A stretch of 64,000 nt of DNA, taken from assembly GCA_900556585.1 (NCBI GenBank), contig USPD01000002.1:16909-80908 (forward strand), given 5' to 3'. The notes under the pieces were generated by a model, which was given only the letters and a program-made list of their open reading frames with translations, was not told the origin of the DNA and searched no databases. Both the position numbers and the translations under genes were made by a program. Every line of letters begins with the position of its first letter. Within the stretch, counting starts at the first letter, position 1. This document shows positions 40,837 to 51,370 of the stretch, piece by piece. Origin of the DNA: an uncultured Eggerthella sp. Its GTDB lineage: Bacteria > Actinomycetota > Coriobacteriia > Coriobacteriales > Eggerthellaceae.

Positions 40837-42222
40837 TTATTTGTCACTCTCTAAATATGAAGGAGTGCTTTGTTCATTGAATGAACGCGCTGCACGTTTA
40901 TCTAACACAACATAAAGACCACCGATAATAACAGCCGCCAAAACAACCATTATGAGTAGCATCACATAAGAAACTAGATAAGTTCCCGTTGCTTCCATGA
41001 TAAATCCTGGCAAAAAGGTGAAAATAAAACCACCTAATGCATAAGCAATCTGAAAGTTCTTAATTGTTTTTACTTGCTGACCACGTGGAGCAAGCTCGAT
41101 AGACCAAATGGAAATACCAACTGTACCCAGCGCAAGACCCGTGCCATACAGCAGAACAGCAAACAGTGCCAGATTATGATTTCCCATATCCGACAAGCAC
41201 AGCATAACTATGCCAGCGATGAAAATAGCGAAGAATAAAAGAGAGCCTTTTGCAGTACCTATTTTGTCGAATATTACTCCCGTAAACAATTTAGAAACCA
41301 TTAAGCAAGCGCCACTAATTGAAACCAACATTGCAGCATATTCCGTGGTGAAGCCCTCTGAGGTAAATAAAACAGCAAGATAATTCGAACCGCCAACGGA
41401 AACACTGCCCACAAACACCATAGCTACAAATACCACGGGCACCATTTTTGGAGGCAGATTTCTGCTTATACGCGCTTGCGAGCGCTTCTTTGGTTTCTCT
41501 CTCTTTGCACTCCGCTTCGTCGCATCTTGTCCATTCTTGCCAAGCCCACTCTGCAAAGATTCGCTGCCCTCTTCAAGTGTCCGTGAAAGCTTCGGGTCAA
41601 CATAGGGCGTTAATCCAATATCTTCTGGCTTATTACGAAGCAGCGCATACAGCAGCAATGCATCAACAATCGCCAAAACACCTTCCGCCGCAAAAGCTGA
41701 CGAAAGCGACAAGGCACTTTCGAGCGCAACCACAACAGGCGGAACCACAACGGCAGCTACACCTGAGCCAACCGCCGCAATACCAGCCGCCGTAGCAACA
41801 TGATCCTTAAACCATCGTCCAATAAGCATGGTCGAAGCCACCATGCCACCAAGGCCATACCCTAATCCAGTAAAAACAGATCCAATGCAAAGGCCTACAT
41901 AGTTAGAAGTATTAAGAGCATAAAGAACGAACCCTGCACCGATGCAAAACGAAGCGAACGCAACACCTTTTCGGCAATCCAACTTGTCATAATAACGTGC
42001 TACAAAAAACATTGCGATAAGCGATATAAAGGTTCGGATGGAAATAATGATGGAACCGCCAGAATGGCCTACTCCTGGAAGCTCAACCAAATAAGGCTGA
42101 TAAACAGAAAACGATGTTGAAGCAAGCCCAACGTTAGTAAAGAGAAGTAAAAAACAACATGCACAAATTATTTTTTCGTAATGACGTTTTATTGCTTCGA
42201 TCATATGTTGGTGCTCCACCAA
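40837..42222 (-). CDS. MFS transporter (OFA/MCT-like)
   Basis: 12-TM; IGRWF...AAGIAAVGSG, LLRNKPEDIGLTPY. Confidence 0.85.
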   Translation of the reverse strand: MVEHQHMIEAIKRHYEKIICACCFLLLFTNVGLASTSFSVYQPYLVELPGVGHSGGSIIISIRTFISLIAMFFVARYYDKLDCRKGVAFASFCIGAGFVLYALNTSNYVGLCIGSVFTGLGYGLGGMVASTMLIGRWFKDHVATAAGIAAVGSGVAAVVVPPVVVALESALSLSSAFAAEGVLAIVDALLLYALLRNKPEDIGLTPYVDPKLSRTLEEGSESLQSGLGKNGQDATKRSAKREKPKKRSQARISRNLPPKMVPVVFVAMVFVGSVSVGGSNYLAVLFTSEGFTTEYAAMLVSISGACLMVSKLFTGVIFDKIGTAKGSLLFFAIFIAGIVMLCLSDMGNHNLALFAVLLYGTGLALGTVGISIWSIELAPRGQQVKTIKNFQIAYALGGFIFTFLPGFIMEATGTYLVSYVMLLIMVVLAAVIIGGLYVVLDKRAARSFNEQSTPSYLESDK

Positions 42223-42328
42223 TTACCACTTGTAATACTAATACTGCTTATACAAAAATGACAGGACACGAGGTCCTGCCATTTACCATTATTAACTTTG
42301 GGGCCTTTACGCATATGCGAGTATAGCG

Positions 42329-43276
42329 CTACGAAACAAGATTTTTGGTATTACCTGCCAAATATGACGCAATATTATCGGCAACAATCACAGCTCGTTT
42401 TTGCATAGCCTCATTTGAAGCAAAAGCAACATGCGGGGTAACTACCGTGTTTTTCGAATTCAAAAGGGGATGATCTGACGGGAAAGGTGGTTCCATTTCC
42501 AAAACGTCAATGCCCGCACCAGCAATACGGTCCTCATTGAGTGCATCAGCTAATGCCTGAGAATCAACAATGGGACCACGCGCACAGTTAATCAAAATGC
42601 TCGTTGGCTTCATTAAAGCAAGTTGTTCTGCGCCAATCATGCCAGTAGTTTCAGGCGTCTGTGGAACATGCAAGCTGACAATATCCGATGTTGAAAGCAG
42701 CTCATCAAGTTCGACAAACGTAACTCCTTCAATTTCTTTACGCGTGCGGGAATAAGCTACCACTTCACAACCAAATGCTTGGGCAATACGAATAACGCGA
42801 CTTCCAATAGCACCAGCGCCAATTACACCGAAGCGCTTGCCCTCCAATTCAGGACCAACTAGTCCATCTTTAGTGCCGCCCATACGAACCTGGGAATTAA
42901 GAAGAGAAATATTGCGATACACATCAAGAACAAGACCAAATACCAGGTCCGCCACTGCTACCGTGGAATAGCCTGCGCAATTTGAAACTTGAATGCCCTG
43001 CTGTCGGCAGTACGCCATATCTACGTGGTCATACCCCGTAAAGGCAACACAAACATATTTCAGATTTGGATTTTGCTGCATAACTGAAGCTGGATAAGCG
43101 ATATTCGAAAGAACTACGACTTCCGCGTCAGCACTGCGCTCAATTAATGTTGCTTCATCTTCTTTGCGATCAGGATAAGTAACAAGCTCTACCTCGTTTG
43201 ACCCTAAAGCTTTAGTGATAAGATCGCGAAGATCTGCATCAGGAATGCCCAATGGTTCTAAAACGGCAATTTTCAT
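42329..43276 (-). CDS. D-isomer-specific 2-hydroxyacid dehydrogenase
   Basis: GVIGAGAIG, SLHVP, INCARG, DVLEMEP, TPHVA; start ATG 43276 behind GGAAGGAG. Confidence 0.92.
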   Translation of the reverse strand: MKIAVLEPLGIPDADLRDLITKALGSNEVELVTYPDRKEDEATLIERSADAEVVVLSNIAYPASVMQQNPNLKYVCVAFTGYDHVDMAYCRQQGIQVSNCAGYSTVAVADLVFGLVLDVYRNISLLNSQVRMGGTKDGLVGPELEGKRFGVIGAGAIGSRVIRIAQAFGCEVVAYSRTRKEIEGVTFVELDELLSTSDIVSLHVPQTPETTGMIGAEQLALMKPTSILINCARGPIVDSQALADALNEDRIAGAGIDVLEMEPPFPSDHPLLNSKNTVVTPHVAFASNEAMQKRAVIVADNIASYLAGNTKNLVS

Positions 43277-43392
43277 AGCGCTCCTTCCATGCATGCTGCA
43301 TGAATTATTAAACTTTAATAAGCATAGTAAAGGAGCGCCTCGCCTATAGAAGTAAGTCTTCGGCGAACGCGCTCCCAAATACATACAAGCTT

Positions 43393-43468
43393 ATGTGCCT
43401 ACCGCTTTACAATGCGCTTACCACTTTATTGTGCGTTTGTCTCATTTCCATGCGTTTACCGCATTATT
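43393..43468. repeat. Degenerate 19-bp tandem repeat x4 including a stop codon
   Basis: atgtgcctaccgctttaca / atgcgcttaccactttatt / gtgcgtttgtctcatttcc / atgcgtttaccgcattatt. Confidence 0.7.
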
Positions 43469-44378
43469 TTTCTTTTGAGGCTGCAGAAGAATCGGTCGCG
43501 CTACCCGCCTCACCTGATTGCTGTGGCTGTTGCGTAGGTTGGGCAACCTGCTGCTGCGTTGGCTGAGCCTGCTGTGGTTGCCCTGCTGGCTGCTGTGCGG
43601 GTTGGTCAACTTGCTGCTGTGGTTGCGCTGGCTGTTGAGACTGATCGATAGGCTGCTGACCTATTGGCTGTTGCTGCGGTTGCATCGGTTGCTGCGGAAC
43701 CTGCTGTTGCGGTGGCAACTGTTGAGGCATTACTGGCTGTTGTGGCTGCATTGGCTGTTGTGGAGGAACGGAGCCGTAGCCACCACTATAAGGACCAGCT
43801 GCACCGCCAGGCATACCACCAGAGCCAGGCATACCACTAGGCATTCCACCAGGATATCCTGGAAATCCCTGATTATATGCCGCAAAGCTTTTGCGAATAC
43901 GAGCATTTAACCACGCCGCCACGATAAAGCATACACAGGTAATAATAGAAAAAACAACCGCGGAGCAAACAGCTGCAATAACGGTCCAGATAAAAGCACG
44001 ACGCAGCTTTTCTGGTTCATTGGCCGCACGAAAATTCATAATGCTTGCCACAATACCCACTACGTGCAAAATCAAATAACCTGCCGCCATAGCAATAACA
44101 ACATTCATACCCAACGTTGCCGCTTCACGAATTTGATCATCATTCATGGTGGAGAAATCATAGGTGGAAGCAGCAGAGCTGCCATCGAATGCTGCCGAAC
44201 CCGATGAAGACCTTTGCAATTCTTCAACAAACATATTGAAGAAATCTGGATCAGACAACATAGACGATGCCGAAACCATCAACGCTAGAAAAGCTCCACC
44301 AGCCAATGCTCCCAAAATAGCGAACACCAAGGTGGCGATACTTACTCCACGGAGTATTCGGAAATCAGAATTATTCAC
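43464..44378 (-). CDS. Hypothetical membrane protein with Gln/Pro-rich tail
   Basis: 3-4 TM followed by GMPG and PQQP repeats. Confidence 0.75.
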   Translation of the reverse strand: MNNSDFRILRGVSIATLVFAILGALAGGAFLALMVSASSMLSDPDFFNMFVEELQRSSSGSAAFDGSSAASTYDFSTMNDDQIREAATLGMNVVIAMAAGYLILHVVGIVASIMNFRAANEPEKLRRAFIWTVIAAVCSAVVFSIITCVCFIVAAWLNARIRKSFAAYNQGFPGYPGGMPSGMPGSGGMPGGAAGPYSGGYGSVPPQQPMQPQQPVMPQQLPPQQQVPQQPMQPQQQPIGQQPIDQSQQPAQPQQQVDQPAQQPAGQPQQAQPTQQQVAQPTQQPQQSGEAGSATDSSAASKEK

Positions 44379-44437
44379 TAAAGGCCCCTTTCTTAAGAGG
44401 AATACATGCTTTTAGTATATCGACCTTGACCTGCTAA

Positions 44438-46102
44438 TTAAGGACGACGCGATTTTCTTAACATATCCCACGCCATCCATACAAATAATAGGAAAGCTGA
44501 GACATATTCAATAAACGAAAGTACCGGCAACCCGAACACGCGGGGCATATCAACAGAAATAATAAGCGACCCACTTACCAACAAACCTGCTATTACCAAA
44601 CTCATTGCAAGACGATTCGCAATACGGCTAACTTTCCGCAACGGCTCCGTTGAACCAAGCATTTCCATATTCACCTTAAGCTGGCCGCGAGAAAGCATAC
44701 GAAACATTTCGCTCGAATATTCAAACGTTTTCAGCATGCTATTCATGGTGCTGTCCAGCGAAAGGAGCGTTGATTTTATACGGTGCTCAAATTCTTCCTG
44801 TACATTTTTTGTACGCATGATGTGACCATTAATGATGCCAATCATGTTGGTGTTGGCCAAATATTCAGCCAACGATCCTTCCATAGTCACAATGCCACGC
44901 GATACTGCCGTAACTGACGCAGGAAGCGTAACTTTGCACTGACGCGTTAGTGTCATGATATCGCTCAACAACGCGCCCACATCAATGTCGGAAACATTAG
45001 TTGAACAATAGCTCTTTAATACATTGTCAAGTTCCGCAAGCAAACGCGCATGATCAATGCCTTCCATGTCATGCTCAACAGAAAATGAGATAAGCGCATC
45101 TTTTAAATCACTTGCGTTCTGCGCTCCAACAGCTTCAATAATTTTGCTAAACCCAATACGCTCACGTACAGAAAGTCTGCCCATAATGCCAAGGTCAAGG
45201 TATACAACCTTACCTTCGTGAACAAATAAGTTACCTGGATGAGGATCTGCATGAAAAAAGCCGTGCTCAAGAATTTGAGTAGCGTAATTGTCCATTACCT
45301 TAAGCCCAATTTCATCAAGGTCATACCCATATTCTTTGAGCTTTTCGGTGTCCTTAATAGAAATGCCTTCAACGTATTCCATCACTAAAACGGATTCAGT
45401 ACAGTATTCCATGTAAGGCTTAGGACACGAAATAAATACGACATCCTTATTAAGCTCAGCAAATTCTTGTAAGTTATTTGCTTCCTTTATGAAATCAGTT
45501 TCCTCAAGAAAGGTAGCCCATAATTCCTCAACCACATCACGCAGGTCAAGCATTTGGGTATCTTTCATGAAGCGAGAAATATGCTTTGCTACCGAGCGCA
45601 TAACATCAATATCTTGCGCCATTACAGCACGAACACCAGGTCGTTGTACTTTAACCGCTACAACATCCCCATTTGAAAGCTCGGCTTTGTGAACCTGCGC
45701 TAAAGAAGCACTGCCTAAAGGTGTTGGGCCAATTTTGCGAAATATTTCATGAAAACGACTTCCATATACATCCTCCAATGCGGCAAGCGTATCTTCAAAA
45801 GGCATGGGATCGCAATCCATCTGAAGATCTGAAAGCGCATCACAATACGCCTGCGGCAATATTTCTGAACGCAAAGAAAGCATTTGTCCAATTTTGATAA
45901 AACTTGGACCCAAGTCGATCAAAAAATTGCGCAGCTGATTAGGGCTTAACCCCTCATGCACACGATGTTTTCGCATAAGTCCAATAATCTCACTTAAACG
46001 ACGCATGCGTGCTTTACGGCTTAAGCCAAACTTCTGATCGGGATCTATTTCTGCCCCATCACGAAACATGTATTTTAGTAACGAATTTTCAGCCATGCGC
46101 AA
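44438..46102 (-). CDS. AarF/UbiB (ABC1) family atypical kinase
   Basis: LGPSFIKIGQ (KxGQ), SASLAQVH, VAVKVQRP, FFHADPHPGN, C-terminal TM pair. Confidence 0.93.
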   Translation of the reverse strand: MRMAENSLLKYMFRDGAEIDPDQKFGLSRKARMRRLSEIIGLMRKHRVHEGLSPNQLRNFLIDLGPSFIKIGQMLSLRSEILPQAYCDALSDLQMDCDPMPFEDTLAALEDVYGSRFHEIFRKIGPTPLGSASLAQVHKAELSNGDVVAVKVQRPGVRAVMAQDIDVMRSVAKHISRFMKDTQMLDLRDVVEELWATFLEETDFIKEANNLQEFAELNKDVVFISCPKPYMEYCTESVLVMEYVEGISIKDTEKLKEYGYDLDEIGLKVMDNYATQILEHGFFHADPHPGNLFVHEGKVVYLDLGIMGRLSVRERIGFSKIIEAVGAQNASDLKDALISFSVEHDMEGIDHARLLAELDNVLKSYCSTNVSDIDVGALLSDIMTLTRQCKVTLPASVTAVSRGIVTMEGSLAEYLANTNMIGIINGHIMRTKNVQEEFEHRIKSTLLSLDSTMNSMLKTFEYSSEMFRMLSRGQLKVNMEMLGSTEPLRKVSRIANRLAMSLVIAGLLVSGSLIISVDMPRVFGLPVLSFIEYVSAFLLFVWMAWDMLRKSRRP

Positions 46103-46160
46103 AAGTTCTGTTTATCAACCGCACTTAGTGCAAACATCTACCTGACTAGCAAAAATTTCC

Positions 46161-46523
46161 CTATTCAGCAGGTTTTTCTGCCCCTACTTGAAGAGCATCT
46201 TTCTTGGCATCATCAGTAACTTCAGCTTCAGTTGCTACATTTGATTCAGCGACTAAACGAGCAACAGTTGCTGCAAATTCTTCACGTTCTTCTGGAGACA
46301 TAGTTTTAAGCGTTTGAGCAACTGCTTCTTCGCGAACTTTAGAAATAGTTTGCGTTGCTTTATGTTGAAGCTCCTGATTGATGTCTTTTCCTTGCTCAAC
46401 CGTCAGATTGCCTTTTTCGATGAGCGTATCTACTACTTCTTTGGCTTTTTCACCCGTAATGGCAAGAGCACCTACACCTGCCAGGAAAATGTCCTTGAAG
46501 CCATCTTCTATAAACTTAGCCAT
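46161..46523 (-). CDS. Phasin-like (PhaF/PhaI-type N-terminus) protein
   Basis: IFLAGVGALAITGEKAKEVVDTLIEKGNLTVEQGK; GAGGAGG RBS; upstream of ubiB-like gene. Confidence 0.75.
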   Translation of the reverse strand: MAKFIEDGFKDIFLAGVGALAITGEKAKEVVDTLIEKGNLTVEQGKDINQELQHKATQTISKVREEAVAQTLKTMSPEEREEFAATVARLVAESNVATEAEVTDDAKKDALQVGAEKPAE

Positions 46524-46610
46524 TGTGTCCCCCTCCTCAAGCAGAATGTTACTTAATTGTATTATATGGGTTTCTTCATAATTGCCTGTTTACCGTTAAA
46601 TAACAGTTTA

Positions 46611-46666
46611 AATTGAACACAGTGTTTAGTAAAATAGTCTACGCTAATTGAACAGACAGTCTAATT
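46611..46666. promoter_or_regulatory. Two imperfect 21-bp palindromes, probable TetR operators
   Basis: aattgaacac-a-gtgtttagta (46611-46631) and aattgaacag-a-cagtctaatt (46646-46666). Confidence 0.55.
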
Positions 46667-46691
46667 AACGTAAGAAAGCAAGTGTATATAA

Positions 46692-49600
46692 GTGACGGAT
46701 ACTCCATTACGAAACACAACAGATACTTTAACTTCCGAAGAGCCCACTTCTCAAACACCTACCACAATTTCAAATATCACCACTCTTCTAGTTGGTATTG
46801 ACGTTGGATCAACCACGGGAAAAATTGCGGTATATGATCCTGAAACAAAACAGGTGTTGTTTCGTAGATATGTTCGCCACCATGCCCGCCAGGTTGAATG
46901 TGTAAAAAATTTATTGCTCAAAGTAAAAGAAGCTTTTCCTAATGCTTCGCTGCGTGCAGCTTTCTGCGGATCGGGTGGTGCAGCCCTAGCTGATGCTCTT
47001 GGACTTCCCTATGTTCAAGAAGTAGTAGCAAATGCTTTAGCGGTAAGTGAATTTTATCCTACCGCCCGTACTGCTATTGAGCTTGGTGGACAAGACGCCA
47101 AGATGGTATTTTTCGAATACGACACTAACCAGGAACGTCTTACCGTTGCCGACATGCGCATGAACGGCAGTTGCGCAGGTGGCACTGGTGCTTTTATTGA
47201 CGAAATTGCAACCCTGCTCAAAGTTCCTACCGAAAAATTTAATGACCTGGCAAACCAAGGCAAATCGGTTCATAACATTTCAGGACGTTGCGGCGTTTAC
47301 GCTAAAACTGACATTCAGCCTTTGCTCAACCAAGGTGTTCCAAAAGAAGAAATTGCTCTTTCTTCGTTTCATGCCATTGCAAAACAGACCATTGGCGGTT
47401 TAGCGCAAGGCCTTGACATTACACCTCCCGTTGTATTTGAAGGCGGCCCTTTAACGTTTAATCCACGCCTTATCAAGGTATTCGCCGAACGCCTTGATTT
47501 AGGACGAGAAGATATCATCATTCCAGAACATCCTGAAACTATTGTGGCTGTTGGTGCGGCACTTTCTTTAAATGATTTATTCCGCGACACTCCCGCTTCG
47601 CTTGTGTTGGATGATGCTATCCATGCCTTAGAAACTAAGCAAATTGTTGTAATAGATGGCGCTACTTCTATGTGCTCTTGCGATGAAGAAACGCCACAAA
47701 CTGCTCATAAAATCGAATTATCTTTGCCACTCTTTGAAAATGAAAAGGGAAAGGAAGCCTTCCAAAAACGACATGAACTGGGCGAAGCACATTCTCTTGA
47801 AACTTTCGAAGAAGGCACCCTGCCCGAAGCGCTTCCTGTTTATTTAGGTATTGACTCGGGCTCCACCACAACAAAGCTTGCATTGCTTGATACCCAAGGA
47901 AACTTAGTAGATTCCTTTTATGCTCCCAACGAAGGCGAACCACTCAAAGTTGCTCAAAAGGCCTTGATTGATTTGCACGACCGTTATGCTAGCCAGGGCT
48001 GCACGTTGCAGGTTATGGGTGTTGGTACTACCGGCTATGGTGAACTTATGTTCGCTCAAGCGCTTAACGCCGATAGTCACACGGTAGAAACAGTTGCCCA
48101 TGCACATGCTGCACAGCGCTACGTACCAGATGTAACCTTCATTCTGGATATTGGCGGCCAAGACATGAAAGCGCTCTGGATTGATGAGGGCATTATTACC
48201 AACGTCGTCGTAAACGAAGCATGCTCTAGTGGCTGTGGTTCCTTCTTGGAAAACTTTGCTTCCACCTTAGGCATTGCCACAAAAGATATTGCCGAAGCTG
48301 CTTTCCGATCAGAATCTCCTGCAGCTTTGGGTAGCCGTTGCACTGTTTTCATGAATTCAAGCATTGTTACAGAACAGAAAAACGGCAAAACCCCTGATGA
48401 TATTATGGCTGGCTTATGCCGTTCCATTATCGAAAACGTTTTCACTAAAGTAATTCGTGTTGCTAACCTTGACAGCTTAGGCACTCGCATCGTAGTTCAA
48501 GGCGGTACTTTCTTAAACGATGCCGTGCTGCGTGCGTTTGAGCAATATGTAGGACGCGAAGTAGTTCGCGCCCCCTACCCTGGTTTGATGGGCGCTATTG
48601 GTGCTGCTCTTATTGCTCAAGAACAGATAGGAGATAACTCATCATCTTTTATCGGATGGAATGCACTACGTACCTTCACCTACCAGCAAGAAACAAATCT
48701 TATTTGTCCCTTCTGCGCTAACCGTTGCAACAGAACCCGCATTACGTTTTCTAATGGATCTTCCTGGATTACAGGCAACCGCTGCCCTCGCGGCGAAGTT
48801 GTGGGTGATCCTAAAGACGTATCCGTTCGCGATGCAGTACGCGAAGCCAAAAAAGTAATGGATAGCGTTCCCAACTTATACGCAGAACGCGAAGAGCTGC
48901 TTTTCCAGGATTGGCCACACACAGAACTGCTGCCTAAGCAAAACATTACTATTGGCCTACCCCGCGTACTGTTCTACTGGGATACCATGCCTTTCTGGAA
49001 AACTCTGCTTCAAGCACTGGGGTTTGATGTAAAAATGTCCCACTTAAGTACGCGCGCGATTTATGAAGACGGCTTGCAATCAGTCGCATCCGACACCGTT
49101 TGCTTCCCTGCCAAGCTGGTACACGGCCACCTGCGTGATTTACATAAGCAAGACGTCGACCGTATCTTTATGCCTATTGTCACTACAGTACCTACCGAAA
49201 ACACAGCAGATACAAGCCGCTCAATGTGTGCGGTTGTTAAAGGCTATTCTCTTGTTATCAAAAACTCAGATAACCCTGAACGTCGTTGGAATATTCCGTT
49301 TGATAGCCCCTTGTTCCATTGGTTTACCGAACAGGACCGTACTCACCAGCTAACTAAGTATTTCCATGAAACGTTTAGCATCCCTGCAAAAGCCGTTGAA
49401 GAAGCTCTTAAGCAAGCTGAATCAGCCCAGCGCTCCTTCCACGAAGCATTACAGCATCGCGGTGCTGAAGTGTTGGCTCAAGTGCGAAAAGAAGGCCGTT
49501 ACGCCATCGTTTTGGCGGGACGCCCTTATCATAACGACATGCTGGTAAATCATGAACTTCCTAGTTTCTTTACCGATTTAGGCATTCCTGTTATTACCGC

Positions 49601-51344
49601 CGATTCTGTTCCAGGAGTTACTGATGTAACGCTTGATAACAGCATGATTGATATAGTGAACAACTTCCATGCGCGCATGCTTTCTTCAGCTGTCATTGCC
49701 GCGCAAAGCCCACATATGGAATACGTGCAAATCGTAAGCTTTGGCTGCGGGCATGATGCCTATCTGTCTGACGAAATCATTCGCCTTATGAAAGAGGTTG
49801 GACCAAAAATTCCTCTTGTCCTAAAGGTTGACGAAAGCGATATTCGCGGTCCTCTTGGCATACGTACGCGTTCATTTGTTGAAACTATTGAACGTCGGCG
49901 CATTCAAGAAGCCAAGCGTGAGCAAGAGTCCAAGACAACTTCAACTTCCAACGCTGAAGCAAAGCTGGATTCGCAGGCAAAGCAGGCCAGCGAAAAGCAG
50001 TCCGCTGGTACACCAACAATAAACGAAGAAGATGCTCGCAAAGAATATGCACTTGACGAACAAGTAGCTCAGCACACGGGAGAAAAATTAGCAGATCCAT
50101 ACCCACAAAAATTCGACGATAAAGCAGTAAAAGAACGTGTGGTGCTGGTACCCAACACCTCCCACGCATTCAGTCGCATCATGTCTGCCATTTTTTCAAA
50201 ACAGGGTTTACGTACTGTATCTCTTCCTATCGGACGCGAACGTGCTATCTATCTGGGCAAAAAATATGTTCACAATGATATCTGCTTCCCAGCACAAATT
50301 GTTATTGGCGAAGCATTAGAAGCGCTTGAATCTGGCAAATATGATTTAGATCATGTTGCGGTGGCAACGGGCAAATATATTGGCGACTGCCGCTTAACCC
50401 ACTACGCCGCCTTGCTTCGCAAAGCACTTGATGATGCGGGATACGAACAGGTGCCAATTGTTACCAACGACGATGTAGATTTCCATAATATACATCCAGG
50501 TTTCAAATTGAATACTACTTCCGCAATTCGTGTAGCCTTCACCTTACCAATGATAGACGCACTGGAAGAACTCTTACGAAAAATGCGCCCATACGAATTG
50601 GAAGAAGGAAGTGCCAATAAGGCCTTTGATGAAGCCCTTGATTGTCTTGTAGCAGGCCTCGAAAAAGGTGGTGTCCATGGAGCCAAAAAGGCATTTGTTC
50701 AATCGATAGAAATAATGAAGAAGGTTCCCTACGACAGAAGCAACCCTCGCCCGACTGTTCTTATCGTCGGTGAATACTTGCTGAACTTCCATCCTGGCGC
50801 AAACCACGACATTGAAGACTACCTGGAAAAGAACGGCCTTGAAGTCATTGAAGCTCGTATGACCGATGTTATTCGTAAAACGTATTTCTACCAGGATTCT
50901 CAAGTCAAAGAATACAAAGTAGACCGCCCTTTTACAGAAAAAGCAACCTACAGAATAGACAACCGTGTATTTGATCTAGCACATGATATGACTGATCGTA
51001 TTGCAAAGGCGCACCCGTTGTATACGCCCCCCTGTCGTATGCCTGAGCTTGTACAGGCAAGCGATCCAATCATTCATCATACGTTTGACGCAGGAGAAGG
51101 CGTGCTCATCCCTGCAGAAATTCTGCATCACGCTGAACACGGCTGCCGTGCATTTGTAATTTTGCAACCGTTCGGTTGCCTACCGAATCACGTTGTTGGT
51201 CGAGGTATTGCTAAACGCTTAAAAGAGCTGTACCCCGATGCACAAATTCTTCCATTGGACTTCGACCCTGATGTAAGTTTCGCAAATATTGAGAATCGTC
51301 TTCAGATGCTCATTATGAACGCACGTGCATCACAACAGAAATAA
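46692..51344 (+). CDS. Fused double-activase + DUF2229/dehydratase-like protein (PlsA-PlsR plasmalogen synthase architecture)
   Basis: Two ASKHA activase domains (GIDVGSTT/GGQDAK/CAGGTG; GIDSGSTT/GGQDMK/CSSGCG), CPFCANRC, IGLPR...CFPAK...SFGCGHD, CFPAQ...GDCR...QPFGCLPNH. Confidence 0.85.
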   Translation: MTDTPLRNTTDTLTSEEPTSQTPTTISNITTLLVGIDVGSTTGKIAVYDPETKQVLFRRYVRHHARQVECVKNLLLKVKEAFPNASLRAAFCGSGGAALADALGLPYVQEVVANALAVSEFYPTARTAIELGGQDAKMVFFEYDTNQERLTVADMRMNGSCAGGTGAFIDEIATLLKVPTEKFNDLANQGKSVHNISGRCGVYAKTDIQPLLNQGVPKEEIALSSFHAIAKQTIGGLAQGLDITPPVVFEGGPLTFNPRLIKVFAERLDLGREDIIIPEHPETIVAVGAALSLNDLFRDTPASLVLDDAIHALETKQIVVIDGATSMCSCDEETPQTAHKIELSLPLFENEKGKEAFQKRHELGEAHSLETFEEGTLPEALPVYLGIDSGSTTTKLALLDTQGNLVDSFYAPNEGEPLKVAQKALIDLHDRYASQGCTLQVMGVGTTGYGELMFAQALNADSHTVETVAHAHAAQRYVPDVTFILDIGGQDMKALWIDEGIITNVVVNEACSSGCGSFLENFASTLGIATKDIAEAAFRSESPAALGSRCTVFMNSSIVTEQKNGKTPDDIMAGLCRSIIENVFTKVIRVANLDSLGTRIVVQGGTFLNDAVLRAFEQYVGREVVRAPYPGLMGAIGAALIAQEQIGDNSSSFIGWNALRTFTYQQETNLICPFCANRCNRTRITFSNGSSWITGNRCPRGEVVGDPKDVSVRDAVREAKKVMDSVPNLYAEREELLFQDWPHTELLPKQNITIGLPRVLFYWDTMPFWKTLLQALGFDVKMSHLSTRAIYEDGLQSVASDTVCFPAKLVHGHLRDLHKQDVDRIFMPIVTTVPTENTADTSRSMCAVVKGYSLVIKNSDNPERRWNIPFDSPLFHWFTEQDRTHQLTKYFHETFSIPAKAVEEALKQAESAQRSFHEALQHRGAEVLAQVRKEGRYAIVLAGRPYHNDMLVNHELPSFFTDLGIPVITADSVPGVTDVTLDNSMIDIVNNFHARMLSSAVIAAQSPHMEYVQIVSFGCGHDAYLSDEIIRLMKEVGPKIPLVLKVDESDIRGPLGIRTRSFVETIERRRIQEAKREQESKTTSTSNAEAKLDSQAKQASEKQSAGTPTINEEDARKEYALDEQVAQHTGEKLADPYPQKFDDKAVKERVVLVPNTSHAFSRIMSAIFSKQGLRTVSLPIGRERAIYLGKKYVHNDICFPAQIVIGEALEALESGKYDLDHVAVATGKYIGDCRLTHYAALLRKALDDAGYEQVPIVTNDDVDFHNIHPGFKLNTTSAIRVAFTLPMIDALEELLRKMRPYELEEGSANKAFDEALDCLVAGLEKGGVHGAKKAFVQSIEIMKKVPYDRSNPRPTVLIVGEYLLNFHPGANHDIEDYLEKNGLEVIEARMTDVIRKTYFYQDSQVKEYKVDRPFTEKATYRIDNRVFDLAHDMTDRIAKAHPLYTPPCRMPELVQASDPIIHHTFDAGEGVLIPAEILHHAEHGCRAFVILQPFGCLPNHVVGRGIAKRLKELYPDAQILPLDFDPDVSFANIENRLQMLIMNARASQQK

Positions 51345-51370
51345 CAGCTAGGCACGCTATCCAGGAGATA

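Noticed and set aside
43518..43910. Leu/Trp/Arg-rich 130-aa ORF
   Set aside because: Antisense shadow of the CAG/CAA-rich Gln/Pro tail
46692..51344. Lactyl-CoA/2-hydroxyglutaryl-CoA dehydratase linked to the lactate permease
   Set aside because: The double-activase + DUF2229 architecture differs from HgdAB/C, no CoA-transferase is adjacent and lctP is over 30 kb away
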